Source: Chiloscyllium plagiosum
Taxonomy: Eukaryota
Assembly (NCBI RefSeq): GCF_004010195.1
Contig: NC_057726.1
Span: 69,479,774 to 69,543,773 of the forward strand
Direction of reading: 5' to 3'
DNA: 64,000 bases
The notes under the pieces are model-generated. The model ran no database searches and had not been told where the DNA came from. It was given only the letters and a program-made list of their open reading frames with translations. The position numbers and the translations under genes were made by a program. This document shows, in pieces, positions 41,610 through 52,400 of the stretch (position 1 is the stretch's first letter; every line of letters starts with the position of its first letter).

Positions 41610-42035
41610 CTAAAACAGACAAGGTTGGGACCTCTTTCCCTGGAGATGAGGAGGTTGAGAGGTTATAAGTTTTTAAAAGCTTATAAAATAATGAGGGGTA
41701 CAAATACGGTGAAGGGTCGTTGTCTTTTCCCGAGGATGGCTGATTTCAAGACTGTGGGGGGAGGGGGGCGCATTTTTAAGGTAAGAGGAGAGAGAATTTA
41801 AAAAGGCATGAGGGGCAATGCTTTTACACAGAAGTTGGTTCGCATGTGGAATAAACTTCCTGAGGAAGTGATGGACGTGGGGACTATTTCAACGTTTAAA
41901 ACACATTTGGGGAAGTACATAAATGGGAAAGGTTTGGCGGGATTACGGACAAGAGCAGGCGGGCGCGACTAGTTTATTTTGGGATAATTTTCGGCATGGA
42001 CTGGGTCGGACCTAAGGGTCCGTGCGGTATCATTC
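41610..42035 (+). mobile_element. CR1 3' end
   Basis: Matches the other CR1 3' ends in the window. Confidence 0.8.
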
Positions 42036-42093
42036 TATTGTATCACAGATTTGATGTGCGTTATTAATGATATGGTTCCAGTAGAATTCTTAT

Positions 42094-42405
42094 CCGGGCT
42101 GCCATTCGTTACGATGTGACTGACCGCGGCTGAACTTTGGAGGGGGCTGTGGGATACCATGCAGGTATAAACAGTTCCGGCTCGGATTGCCTGTGTTTCT
42201 TCCAACCCGCTGGATGCTTCATATACTCTGTCGTCTGTTGTTCGAATGACTGTACTGATTCCTGTTGTAGTTTTACTGCCATCTTTGTACCAAGTAAAAC
42301 TGGTATCCCTCGGGTAAAAGGGAGCTGTGGAGCATAAAACAGCAAGGGTCACGGATGGATCATTTCCAGGCTGCTGAGACAGAATATTCAGTGGAGTCGG
42401 TGGAA
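42094..42405 (-). pseudogene. Gene 2 C1-set exon (open frame, splice donor apparently mutated)
   Basis: Acceptor cttccccctag. VPPTPLNIL..LAVLCSTAPFYPRD..WYKDG..YTCMVSH. The expected donor position reads G|ATAAGA rather than G|GTAAGA. Confidence 0.88.
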
Positions 42406-43989
42406 CTAGGGGGAAGTGAACAGGAAGAAAAAGAAATTACCTCGACATCAGAAGACGATTACAGCCCAATCTTTTGTTTCGGCCCATTGCTGGACAGTTA
42501 CTGTCCAGTTGTGTGGAAGGTGCTCATGGTGGTGAGGGTTGGACAACGCGCGCTGTTGGTGCCGAGACTCGAACATAGAACAGTATCAGCGGGAATATTA
42601 ACTCATCCCCGGACAAAGCACGGGCAAGGAAATGTGGACCGCTGTTGTTACAGATCTCAGTTTTTCTGTTGGAAATAACTGTCGAGAGGCTCCGGAATTG
42701 GATTCATGATTTGCTATCGCCGGTGGTGCAATAAGGCAGCGGTGGAAATGACATAACAACAGAGGAGGTAAAGTAACTGATCCATAACTGACCCGGAAAC
42801 CAACTGAGTCACTTACTTATTGCAAGGCAAAAGCATGTGGAATGTACAGGACGATGGCTCTAGCAGTTTTTAGATTTTAGAAATATCCGCTTTCAAAATT
42901 TTAATATTTACCCATTAAAATCACACCACCGCCCGGAGTGTGGTGCTGGAAAAGCACAGCAGGTCAGGCAGCATTCCTGGTGAAGGGCATTTTGCCTGAA
43001 AAGTCGATTCTCCTGCCCTTTGGATACTGCCTGACCTGCTTTGCTTTTCCAGACTCCTGCCCCTTGGATGGAGCCTGACCTGCTGTGCTTTTCCACTCTC
43101 CTGGGCCTCGAATACTGCCTGACCTGCTATGCTTTTCCAGAACCACACTCTTGATTCTAGCCTACAGCATCTGCAATCCTCGCTTTCGCCTAAAAAGATA
43201 AGCCCGTCAAGAAACGTAATCAACAAAAATGAACAGAAATTGCTGGAGAAACTCAACAGGTCTGGCAGCATCTGTGAAAAAGGCAGGATGGAAACTTGGG
43301 CACCAGGGAACCTTCTTTTCAACTATCAACTTTGAGCAAAGAAAATGTAAAAAATAAATCATCAAATATGATCAAATCTGTGTCACCCGCGACGGGCTAT
43401 TGCTCTTAACCAATGTCGTTGAAATGTCGGAGCAAATTACTCCAGATACTGGAATCTGTACTGAAAGCAACAAATACTGGTGATCACAGCGGGTCAGGCA
43501 GCATCCATGGAGAGAGAGCGATTTAACGTTTGGATGACCCTTGATCAGAGCATGTATCTTTTAATCATATTGCAATAGTACTTGAGATTCCTGTTTATGT
43601 CCCACGGCTGTATAATTCAGGTAAAACTGCTGAGACATCATTCTAAGCTATTGAGCACTGGACATGAAGTACAGCAGTCAGCGATGCAAGTTAAATGTGG
43701 GCATGTATCAGGAATTGTGGAGATGTCTCCAAGGAGCGCACGCACACCGCCTGCCATTCGGACCTGCTTGGACACTATGTCACTCAAAACAAACAGCAAT
43801 GTTGCTGCCTCTCAACAGCTCTCCCAACCGATCAAGGAAACCACTCAGTTCAAAGATAATTAAGGTTGGGCAAAAATGTTAACTTGCCATTGAAGAACGT
43901 ACAACATCAAATACATTTTTAATAAATCCTGTCATGTCAGCTTTTCTAAGCACACTCTAGAATCGTTTAAGTTTTAATTTCATACATAC

Positions 43990-44264
43990 CCCACACTGTT
44001 AAATTGGACCCTGTTCCGTTTCCAATCAATTTGCCTTGACGGACGAATGTGCAATAGTACATTCCTCTGTCCTGTGGCCAGTTACTTTTCGGTCACCTTG
44101 TTCCGCGTGTAGATAATGAGGATCACCTTGCTTCCACCAGGTTACCTTGACAGCTTGGCCAACTTCAAATAAAGTACTCAAGCAATGGAAGGACACATTT
44201 GCACCCACAGTTGTCGTCACGCTCCCTGGTAACTGGGTCACTTTATCCGAGATTACCTCAGAAC
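43990..44264 (-). pseudogene. Gene 2 VJ exon with frameshifting internal deletion
   Basis: Acceptor tctttctgtag, donor G|GTATGT. KVTQLP..VSFHC..VTWWKQGD..RK, then a frame change to [18 protein letters not shown]. 275 nt against 321 nt in the otherwise colinear gene 1 exon. Confidence 0.88.
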
Positions 44265-44343
44265 CTACAGAAAGAGACAGTCACAAACAAACCAGCAAGA
44301 TTAAATAAAAGAGTTAAAGAGTGGAGTTCAGTAATTGACTTAA

Positions 44344-44395
44344 ACTGTCCAAAGAAGCATGAAGCATGATATATTAAATAAAGATTAAATAACAT
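44344..44395 (-). pseudogene. Gene 2 candidate leader exon (MLFNLYLIYHASCFFGQ)
   Basis: ATG plus hydrophobic peptide about 80 nt upstream of the V acceptor. The donor position reads ttaagt, possibly a decayed gtaagt. Confidence 0.35.
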
Positions 44396-44529
44396 CTCCA
44401 CTTTAATGCACAGGGCGTATATCAGTTTGCGTGGCGAGGGTGTGAGGTCGTGGCATGTCCACATCGCATTGTTTGGCTGTTGGCATCTGCAGATGTAATT
44501 GCAGGGATATCCTTTCTTGGCGAAGACAT

Positions 44530-44915
44530 TGTAGAGGTGTTCTTCTCCGCAGGTCAGGAGGACTGCAGTGTGTTGTATCCCTTTGAACAGATTCCTGATG
44601 AAGGGCTATGGTCTGAAATGTCGATTCTCCTGCTCCTCGATGCTACCTGACCTGCTGTGCTTTTCCAACAACACACTCTCGGTCCTTTGAACAGGGTACT
44701 AGTGCAGCTTCTCTTGTGTGTGTTTGAGGGGTCACTGTTGTAGTTCAAGATCTGGTACCTATGTGTGACTTGTTCTTAAACCTTTGCTGTGTATTTATTC
44801 TTCTGTGTTCTTTCTACACGCACATCCAGGAATGGGAATTGGTTGTTGGTTTCCTCTTCTCTCATAAATTTGATCCCCGAGAGCGTGCTGTTGACAATCC
44901 AGTGTGTGTTCTCTG
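44530..44915 (-). mobile_element. Penelope-like RT fragment with nested hammerhead-type element (44591-44680)
   Basis: REEETNNQFPFLDVRVER..LNYNSDPSNTHKRSC; direct repeat cctttgaacag. Confidence 0.7.
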
Positions 44916-45099
44916 ATAAAAGCAAATTACTGCGGATGCTGGAATCTGAAACCAAAAGAGCAAATGCTGGAAAATCTCAGCAGGTTTGGCAGCATCTGTA
45001 AGGAGAGAAAAGAGCTGACGTTTCGAGTCTAACTGACCCTTTGTGAAAGCTTTTCCAGTATTTTCTTGTTTGGTGTGTGCTCTGATCTCTGTTCTCTTA

Positions 45100-47660
45100 A
45101 TTATTACAAATGTATCATCACGTATCTGATCCATCTCAAGGCTCATAGTAGAAGCAGTGTTGCAAAGACTGTAACAAACAGCCCTCCCACAAATCCAACT
45201 CAAACTCTGGATCAGATACATGGATGAAACTTCTGTAATAATTAAGAGTACAGCAGCTTTTGCCTTTTGGGAACAGGAGGACGTATCTCCCTAAACATAA
45301 AAGCCTCCAATATTTCCTCTTCCAGATAGAAAGCGCTGAGCACAACGTGCGTGACCCATTGTAGAATTAGTTGCTTTTATTAACATCAGCATAAAACCAC
45401 GAGAGTGCCAGTGAATTGTATCCACTTATTAAACGACTTCCCCGCCCCCGTCCCCACGACATGATTCATAATAACCCTCACCCTCATAAAAACCCTCATA
45501 ATAAAATCAGGTGGTTACAGTCTTATCACAGCTTGTTTCATTATTCTCTTATATACAAGAGTACCAATTTAGTCTCAATTACAATGGCACAATTTATACT
45601 TTCTCTCATGAATTTTTAATGCATTCATAGTCCAGTCCCGTCTTATGTCACTTAAACTGTTCATCATCAGTTGCAATAGATTGCAAATATTATCAACTTG
45701 TAATTAAAAGGAAAGTGTGCAAGAATGTTGGAAATATATATCTAGTCGGAAGGGTCTAGAACATAGAACAGTACAGCACAGACAGGCTCTTCGGCCCTCG
45801 ATGTTGAACTGACCTTTTATCCTACTCTAAGATCTGACTAATCTACATATCCTTCACTTTACTATCATTCATGTGCCTATGTAAGAGTAGCTTAAATGTC
45901 CCTAATGTCTCTGACTCTACTACCACCGCTGGCAGTGCATTCCACGCACCCACCATACTCTGTGTAAAGAACCAACCTCTGACATGTCCCATAAACCTTC
46001 CCCCGTCACCTTAAAATTATGGTCCCTTTTGATAGCCATTTCTGCCCTAGGGAAAAAGTCTCTGATTATTCACTCTATCTCTGCCTTTCATTATCTTGCA
46101 CACTTCAATCAAGTCACCTGTCATTTTTCTTTGTTCAAATGAGAAAAGCCCTAGCTCCCTTAACCTTTCTTCACTGCTGCGTATAGGCCAGGCAGCATCC
46201 TGGTAAATTGCCTCCGCACCCTCTCTAAAGCTTCCACATCCTTCCTATAACGAGGTGACCAGAACTTAACACAATATTGCAAGTGTGGTCTAACTAAGGC
46301 TCCACAGAACAGCAGCATAACCTCATGGCTCTTAAACTTAATCCTCCTGCAAACGAAAGAATCTTAACAGCTCTATCAACTTGCAGGCAACTTTGAGAGA
46401 TCTGTGGACATGGATCCCAAGATTCCTCTGTTCCCCCACACTGCCAAGAGTCTTGCTTTTAACCCTATATTTTGTATTCAAATTCGACCTTCCAAACTGA
46501 ATCACTTCACACTTTTCCAGGTTGAACTCCATCTGCCACTTAGCAGCCCAGTTCTGCATCTTGTCAATTTTCTGTTGCAACCTAGTATAGCCCTCCACAC
46601 TATCCACAACTCCACCAACGTTTGTGTCATCGGCAAACTTACTAACCCACCCTTCCACTTCCTCATCCAAGTCCTTTATAAAAATCACAAACAGCAGAGG
46701 TCCTAGAACAGATCCCTGTGGAACACCACTGTTCACTGAGCTCCAGGCTGAATACTTTCCATCTACTACCACCCTCTGTCTTCTATGGACCAGTCAATTC
46801 TGTATCCAGACAGCCAGATTTCCCTAAAGAGGTCTGGGGTGAGAGAAGATGTGGCACTTAGTACACTGCTATCAGAACTGAGAGGGACTTAGAGATACAA
46901 TATGATATCAAGCAAATATCAAGAGAGGAAGAGTGGGGCGTGGATTGGGAGGGGCTATGGGGAGACATGGACTGAGATGGGGAGAATGGTATTGGGCATC
47001 GATGGAGAATAGGAGTTAAACATTGGCTAATCATGTTTTATGTGAAAAGCTAAAGTGAAATATTAAAGTGATTATTTACAGTGGAAAGGTGGGACTAAAT
47101 GGCATAAGAAAACAAACCTTAACAGGAATTCAAAAACATTATGCATTCCTTCCAACAGACTATAGATAAGCTTGTAAATGTACCTGTACTTACAAAACGT
47201 GGACTTACAATAAATCAGCATCATGTGCCGGCAGGGGCGAACTGCTGATTTCAGATTGAATCAGAGGTGAATACATTTTTGAGGACAGGATATTTTTCCA
47301 AATCAGACAATGGAATTGCCAGAAGCAGCTCATAAGTTCTCAGAACATAGGATAACAGCTGGAGTAGCACGGGGGACAACATTGTGAATTTCCGGCTTCA
47401 AATAATTCGGACAGCTAAAATGGCTAGTAAAGCTGGTCGACTTCCTCTAGTATTATGACACGTCGATCTGCTATTTACATGAATATTACTAAGCATTTCG
47501 TTAGCCATGGAAATTAAACCAATGGACGTAGAATGTGGCATTCACCACCTTTCATTCTCAAATCTTTTATTGTATCAAATGCAGCTTCAATCATACAGTT
47601 GAACATGTTGACAATGACTCACATTTTACAGAGCGGGGCTCACAAATCAATTTTTTAAAT
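45100..47660. repeat. More diverged third copy of the intergenic/upstream block (interrupted by a CR1)
   Basis: 45290-45750 matches 30000-30550, 46830-47040 matches 30550-30770, and 47065-47650 matches 2400-2890. Confidence 0.75.
45757..46826 (-). mobile_element. CR1 RT to 3' end
   Basis: SGVPQGSVLGPLLF..KFADDT. Confidence 0.9.
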
Positions 47661-48530
47661 AGTTTGGAGGCGCCGGTCTTGGAATGGGGTGCACCCCGTT
47701 AAAAATCACACAACACCAGGTTATAGTCCAATTGGTTTATTTGGAAGCACTAGCTTTCGGAGCGCTGCTCTTTCATCAGGTAGTTGTGGAGTATAAGATC
47801 ATAAGATATAGAATTTAGAGCAAAGGTTTCAGTGTGATGCAACTGAAATTATATGTTGAAAAACAGCTGAATTATTTGTAAAGTCTCTCATCTTTGAGAA
47901 TGACCATGTTGATTTCAGTTCTTTCATATGTAAATCCCAGAACCATTTTTTAGAAGTTACATTTTCAAGTGAACTTTAACAATAGATGCCATGTCAGCTC
48001 AGATTGAAGGTGTAAGGTTAAAGTCTGTCTGTCTGTGTCCCAATGCTCAGACGGGTTAAATTGTTAACTGGTTAATCTGTACAAAATTCACATGCAGAGC
48101 TTTATAAGTAAGTTTCCAAAGAAATAATAAAAAGCTAGACCAGTAAAATATTTTATATCGAACATTGTGCAAGAAAAATAACTGAATGAAATGCCAACTC
48201 ACATCTCAAATAAGTTGGCAGAGCTTTAATTCCATAAAATACAAAAATTGGTTTTTCAGATGAACCACAAACTAATGAGTGTCTCCTTTAAACCAAACAA
48301 TATAGACCACCATACTTTAAGTAGAATCTGCTTTCAATTGTAATTCTTCAAACACAGCAATGCACACAATCTTACATGTATTCATGCAGTTTTTGAGCAA
48401 AATAAGATTAATTCTGCAAGTACAAATTCACCCCACAAACTTCTATGTGTGTGCTTGCATGTAGGTGTGTGCTTGTGGGGGCTGTGAGTGTTTGTGAGAC
48501 ATTATGTCTGTGCTGTGTGATTTTTAACTT
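47660..48530 (-). mobile_element. PLE-derived element with hammerhead motif (47749-47780) containing a captured 300-bp host copy
   Basis: CUGAUGA-A-AGAGC AGC GCUCC-GAAA-GC-UA; 48065-48368 duplicates 48830-49137. Confidence 0.75.
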
Positions 48531-49396
48531 TTAACTGTTAGTTTAAGAAGCTCAGTTCAAACAGATAAGCTAAGACTATAACAAAATTGCTTTATGGTGG
48601 AAAAAGGGAGCATAGGAAGGAAATCACTTTGCAAGCAACAACTTTACTTTATATTAGTTGACACTATTAGAACTTATTGGGTGCTTTCAAAAGATCACAA
48701 TTCAAGCAACGACATGATCTAAATACATGAAAACTGCACTTGAGGACTGTCATCACTATGATGAATGTAACAGTAAAGATGATGTTCACCATTTTTGACA
48801 TGCAAAGGCAGATGAAAAGTAAAACTGATTAACTGATTAATCTGTACTAAATTCATGTGCAGAGCTACATAAGTGTAAGTTTCCAAATAAATAATAAAAA
48901 GCTAGACCAATAAAATATTTTATATAGTACATTGTGCAAGAAAAATAACTGAATTAAATGCCAATTCACACCTGCAAATAAGATGACAGAGCTTTAATTC
49001 CATAAAATATAAAAATTGGTTTTTCAGATGAACCACAAACTAATGAGTGTCTCCTTTGATCCAAACAATATAGACCACTATACTTTAAGCAGAATCTGCT
49101 TTCAGTTGTAATTGTTCAAAACACAGCAATGCACACAGGAAATTGCACTCACAACTTTATGGAAATCGAAACCAAATGAAATCTCATACAGTTACAGCAA
49201 GATTTGAAACAACAAAAGGTAAATTTGATGTACATTGTTTAAATTGGTTTTAAATGTTTTATTACTTCACATTGCTCCATTCTTTTTTCTGACTGAGGTT
49301 GACATATTTTGTGCATAAATCCATTTCTTTCACTGTTATGTGTTGCTGCACTGTCATAGTTTGTTCTCAACTTTTGTTTCCGCAGATCAACTTGTT

Positions 49397-49425
49397 CTAT
49401 TTTTCCACATATGTATTATTACTTC
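49397..49425 (-). CDS. Gene 1 putative terminal coding exon (GSNNTYVEK*)
   Basis: Acceptor ctgtgcag. Acceptor and stop fall at the same positions in the paralogous segment 33249-33277. AATAAA on the minus strand at 49258-49263. Confidence 0.45.
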
Positions 49426-52400
49426 CTGCACAGATTGTATAAGCAAAAATAATTAAAGTTCACAAGTTTTGGATTTAATTCTAAATCAGTCAATGTGTAA
49501 CAACTTTCAATGCTGTACTGATGAATATTACATATTGATGAAATTAACTTCCCATTTTATGTTCAAAGTTCTGCAAACACGGAAAGTAAAATAATTGCCC
49601 TTGGATTTCTGCCTTAATTATTTCAGGAAAGCACACAGAGAACACCAGGATTAATGAATTTCAATATGTAAGAGGAGACCTTTAATGCCTTTGGCAGCAC
49701 TTACTTTTGGAACAACCAAGTCACTTAGTGCAAATCTACTACTATCTGCCAGTAACACCACATGGTCTTTTTTCACAACTTCTATTGTATTTAGCTGATT
49801 AGATCATTATGCAGATATTCTTTTTTTTATCTGTCAGACTGATCAAAACAACATGTTGGAAGGTACAATGTTTGGAACCACCAAGGATCAGACAATGTTG
49901 AGGTATCAGGACAGGTAGATGAAGTGGTTAAGAAGGTATATGGGATACTTACCAATATTAGCTGTGCCATGGAGTTTAAGAACAGGGAAGCTGTGCTGAA
50001 CATATATTAAATGATGATTTGGTCACAGCTAGAGTATTATGTGCAGTTCTGGAATCCACATAATAGGAAGGATAAGCTAGCACTGGAGAAAGTGCAGAGG
50101 GACCTTATTATGATGCTGTAAAGTCTGGATAGTTTCAGTTATGAAGAGAAATTGGAAAGACTGTGATTGATTTCCTTCAATCAGCATAGATTGAGTGGGG
50201 AAATGTTAGTGATGGATAAAACTTCCCCTTGATGGAGTGGTCAATGACCATGTGGACATAGATTTAACATAAAGGGCAGAATGTTTTGAGCGGATGTGAG
50301 GAGAATCTTTTTGGATATAAATAACACTTGAAGTGGTCAAATGTTCATGTCATCCTGCAAAGCCATCAGAAAAAAAAATCAAATCTACCACTCTGATGAG
50401 TCTAGAAGGATCTCAGTAAGGCCTTTGATAAGGCTTCATATGGTCGGCTGCGACGGAAGGTTGGATCACAGGGCAAGCTGACAAACTGAAAACAAAATTG
50501 GCCTGAGGGTAAGAAGCAGAGGGTGATAGTGGAAGGATGATTGTCGGACTGGAGGCCTGTGACTAGTGGAATGTCTTGGGGTTGCTGCCGGGCCCACTAC
50601 TGTTTGTGATCTAGATCAATGATTTGGATGAGAATGTACAAGGCATGATTGGAAAGTTTACTGATGACACGGTATCATGGATACTGAGGAAGGTTATCAG
50701 AAATTGCAGCAGGACCTTGATCAGCTGGGGATGTGGGGTTTAATCTAGATCGGTATGAGGTCTTGCATTTTGGAGAGGCAAATCAAGGTAGGAGTTTTAT
50801 GATGAATGGTAGGACTTAAGGAGTGTAGTGGGATGTTGAAGCTCAGATTCACAGTTCTCATGAATGTGAAGTCAAGGGTAGAGAAGAATGTTTTTGGTAC
50901 ACTGGCCTTCATCAGTCAGGGCATTGAGTATAGAGGTTGGGAAGTTATGTTGTAGTTTTACAGAATGTTGGTGAGGCTGGATTTGAAATACTGTGTTCAG
51001 TTTTGGTCACCTTGTTATGAGAAGGATGTTATTAAACTGGAACAAGTGCAGAAGAAATTTACAAGGATGTTGCCTGAATTATAGGGAGAGGTTGGACAAG
51101 CTCGAGCAGGAGACTGAGCGGGGACCTTAAAGAGGTGTATAGGAACATGAGAGGCATGTATAGGCTGAATGCGTTGTCTTTTTTCCAGGGTTGAAGAATC
51201 GAGGACTAGAGGGTGTCCATTTAAGGTTACAGGGGAAAGAATAAAAGGGAACCTGAGGGGCAACCTTTTTACACAGAGAGTGGTACGTTTATGGATTGAG
51301 CTGCCAGCGGAAGTGGTTGAGGGGGATACATTAACAACATTTAAAAGGCATTTGGTCAAAAAATGGATAGGAAAGGCTTGGAAGGATATTGGTCAAATGC
51401 AGGGAAATGGGGTTAGCGTGGATGGACATTTTGGTCAGCATGAACCGGTATGGGCCAAAGGACAGTTATAGGACTCTACGGTTCTATGACTCAACGAAAT
51501 CTACTGGCAACCTGAGTGAAAAAAAAATGTAAAGTCAGAACTATTTCAGAGTCAGATGTTCTGGAGGCAAATGAATGAAATGAAGAAACCAGGTTGGCTG
51601 CTGTAAAAATCTTGCATCCTTGCTCAGCATTGGATATATTGAAATTTGCAAAACATCCATTTTAATTTACATTTTGCTAGATATTGTGCTCTGCATCCTC
51701 AATATCTCTTGCAATCCAATATTCACAGTATACCAATGGTGGGTTATTAAGTTTAGACGAAAAGCAGAAAATGATAGTCTGTAAGCATTACCTTTCACTT
51801 TAAGATGTTTAGCATAATCAGCAATGATAAGTGTCAGAGCGAGAATCATGAAGAAACCTAATATAAATTGAGGAATCAAAGGAATGTTGAACCTGTGGAC
51901 TAAAATATAGGATTTAGAGTAGTCATTGAATTATTATAGATAGCATGCCCTAACTAAAATTCTATGAAACAAAAAAATTCAATATTCAATAAACAATTGA
52001 AATAAATTGATCCATAATTTCAGTATCACTACCTGCAAAGTGACAAGCATCATGAATATTAGACTGGAGTCCATAGCTAAAAATTGTTCTGTGGATTGTT
52101 TTCTTTACTTTAAACAGGAAAAAAACCTTACAAAATTTAAGGATGTTTCATAACAAACAATTCTGCATGAACACAACAAATTCTTGATGGAAATTGATCT
52201 ACTTTCAACTGAGCTAAGTAAAATATAATTGGAGAGCAAAGTGCAATAAATTATTAATTCAATCTCTTGCAAAAGAACAACATGGCATTGGGCAGCACGG
52301 TAGTTCAGTGGTTAGCACTACTGTCTCATAGTGCTAGGGACCTGAGTTCAATTCCCACTTGGGCAACTGTCTATGTGGCATTTGCATATTCTCCCTGTGT

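Noticed and set aside
43020-43145. CRISPR-like repeat-spacer array
   Set aside because: Eukaryotic context; the spacers resemble each other and it is an internal repeat of a PLE-derived element.
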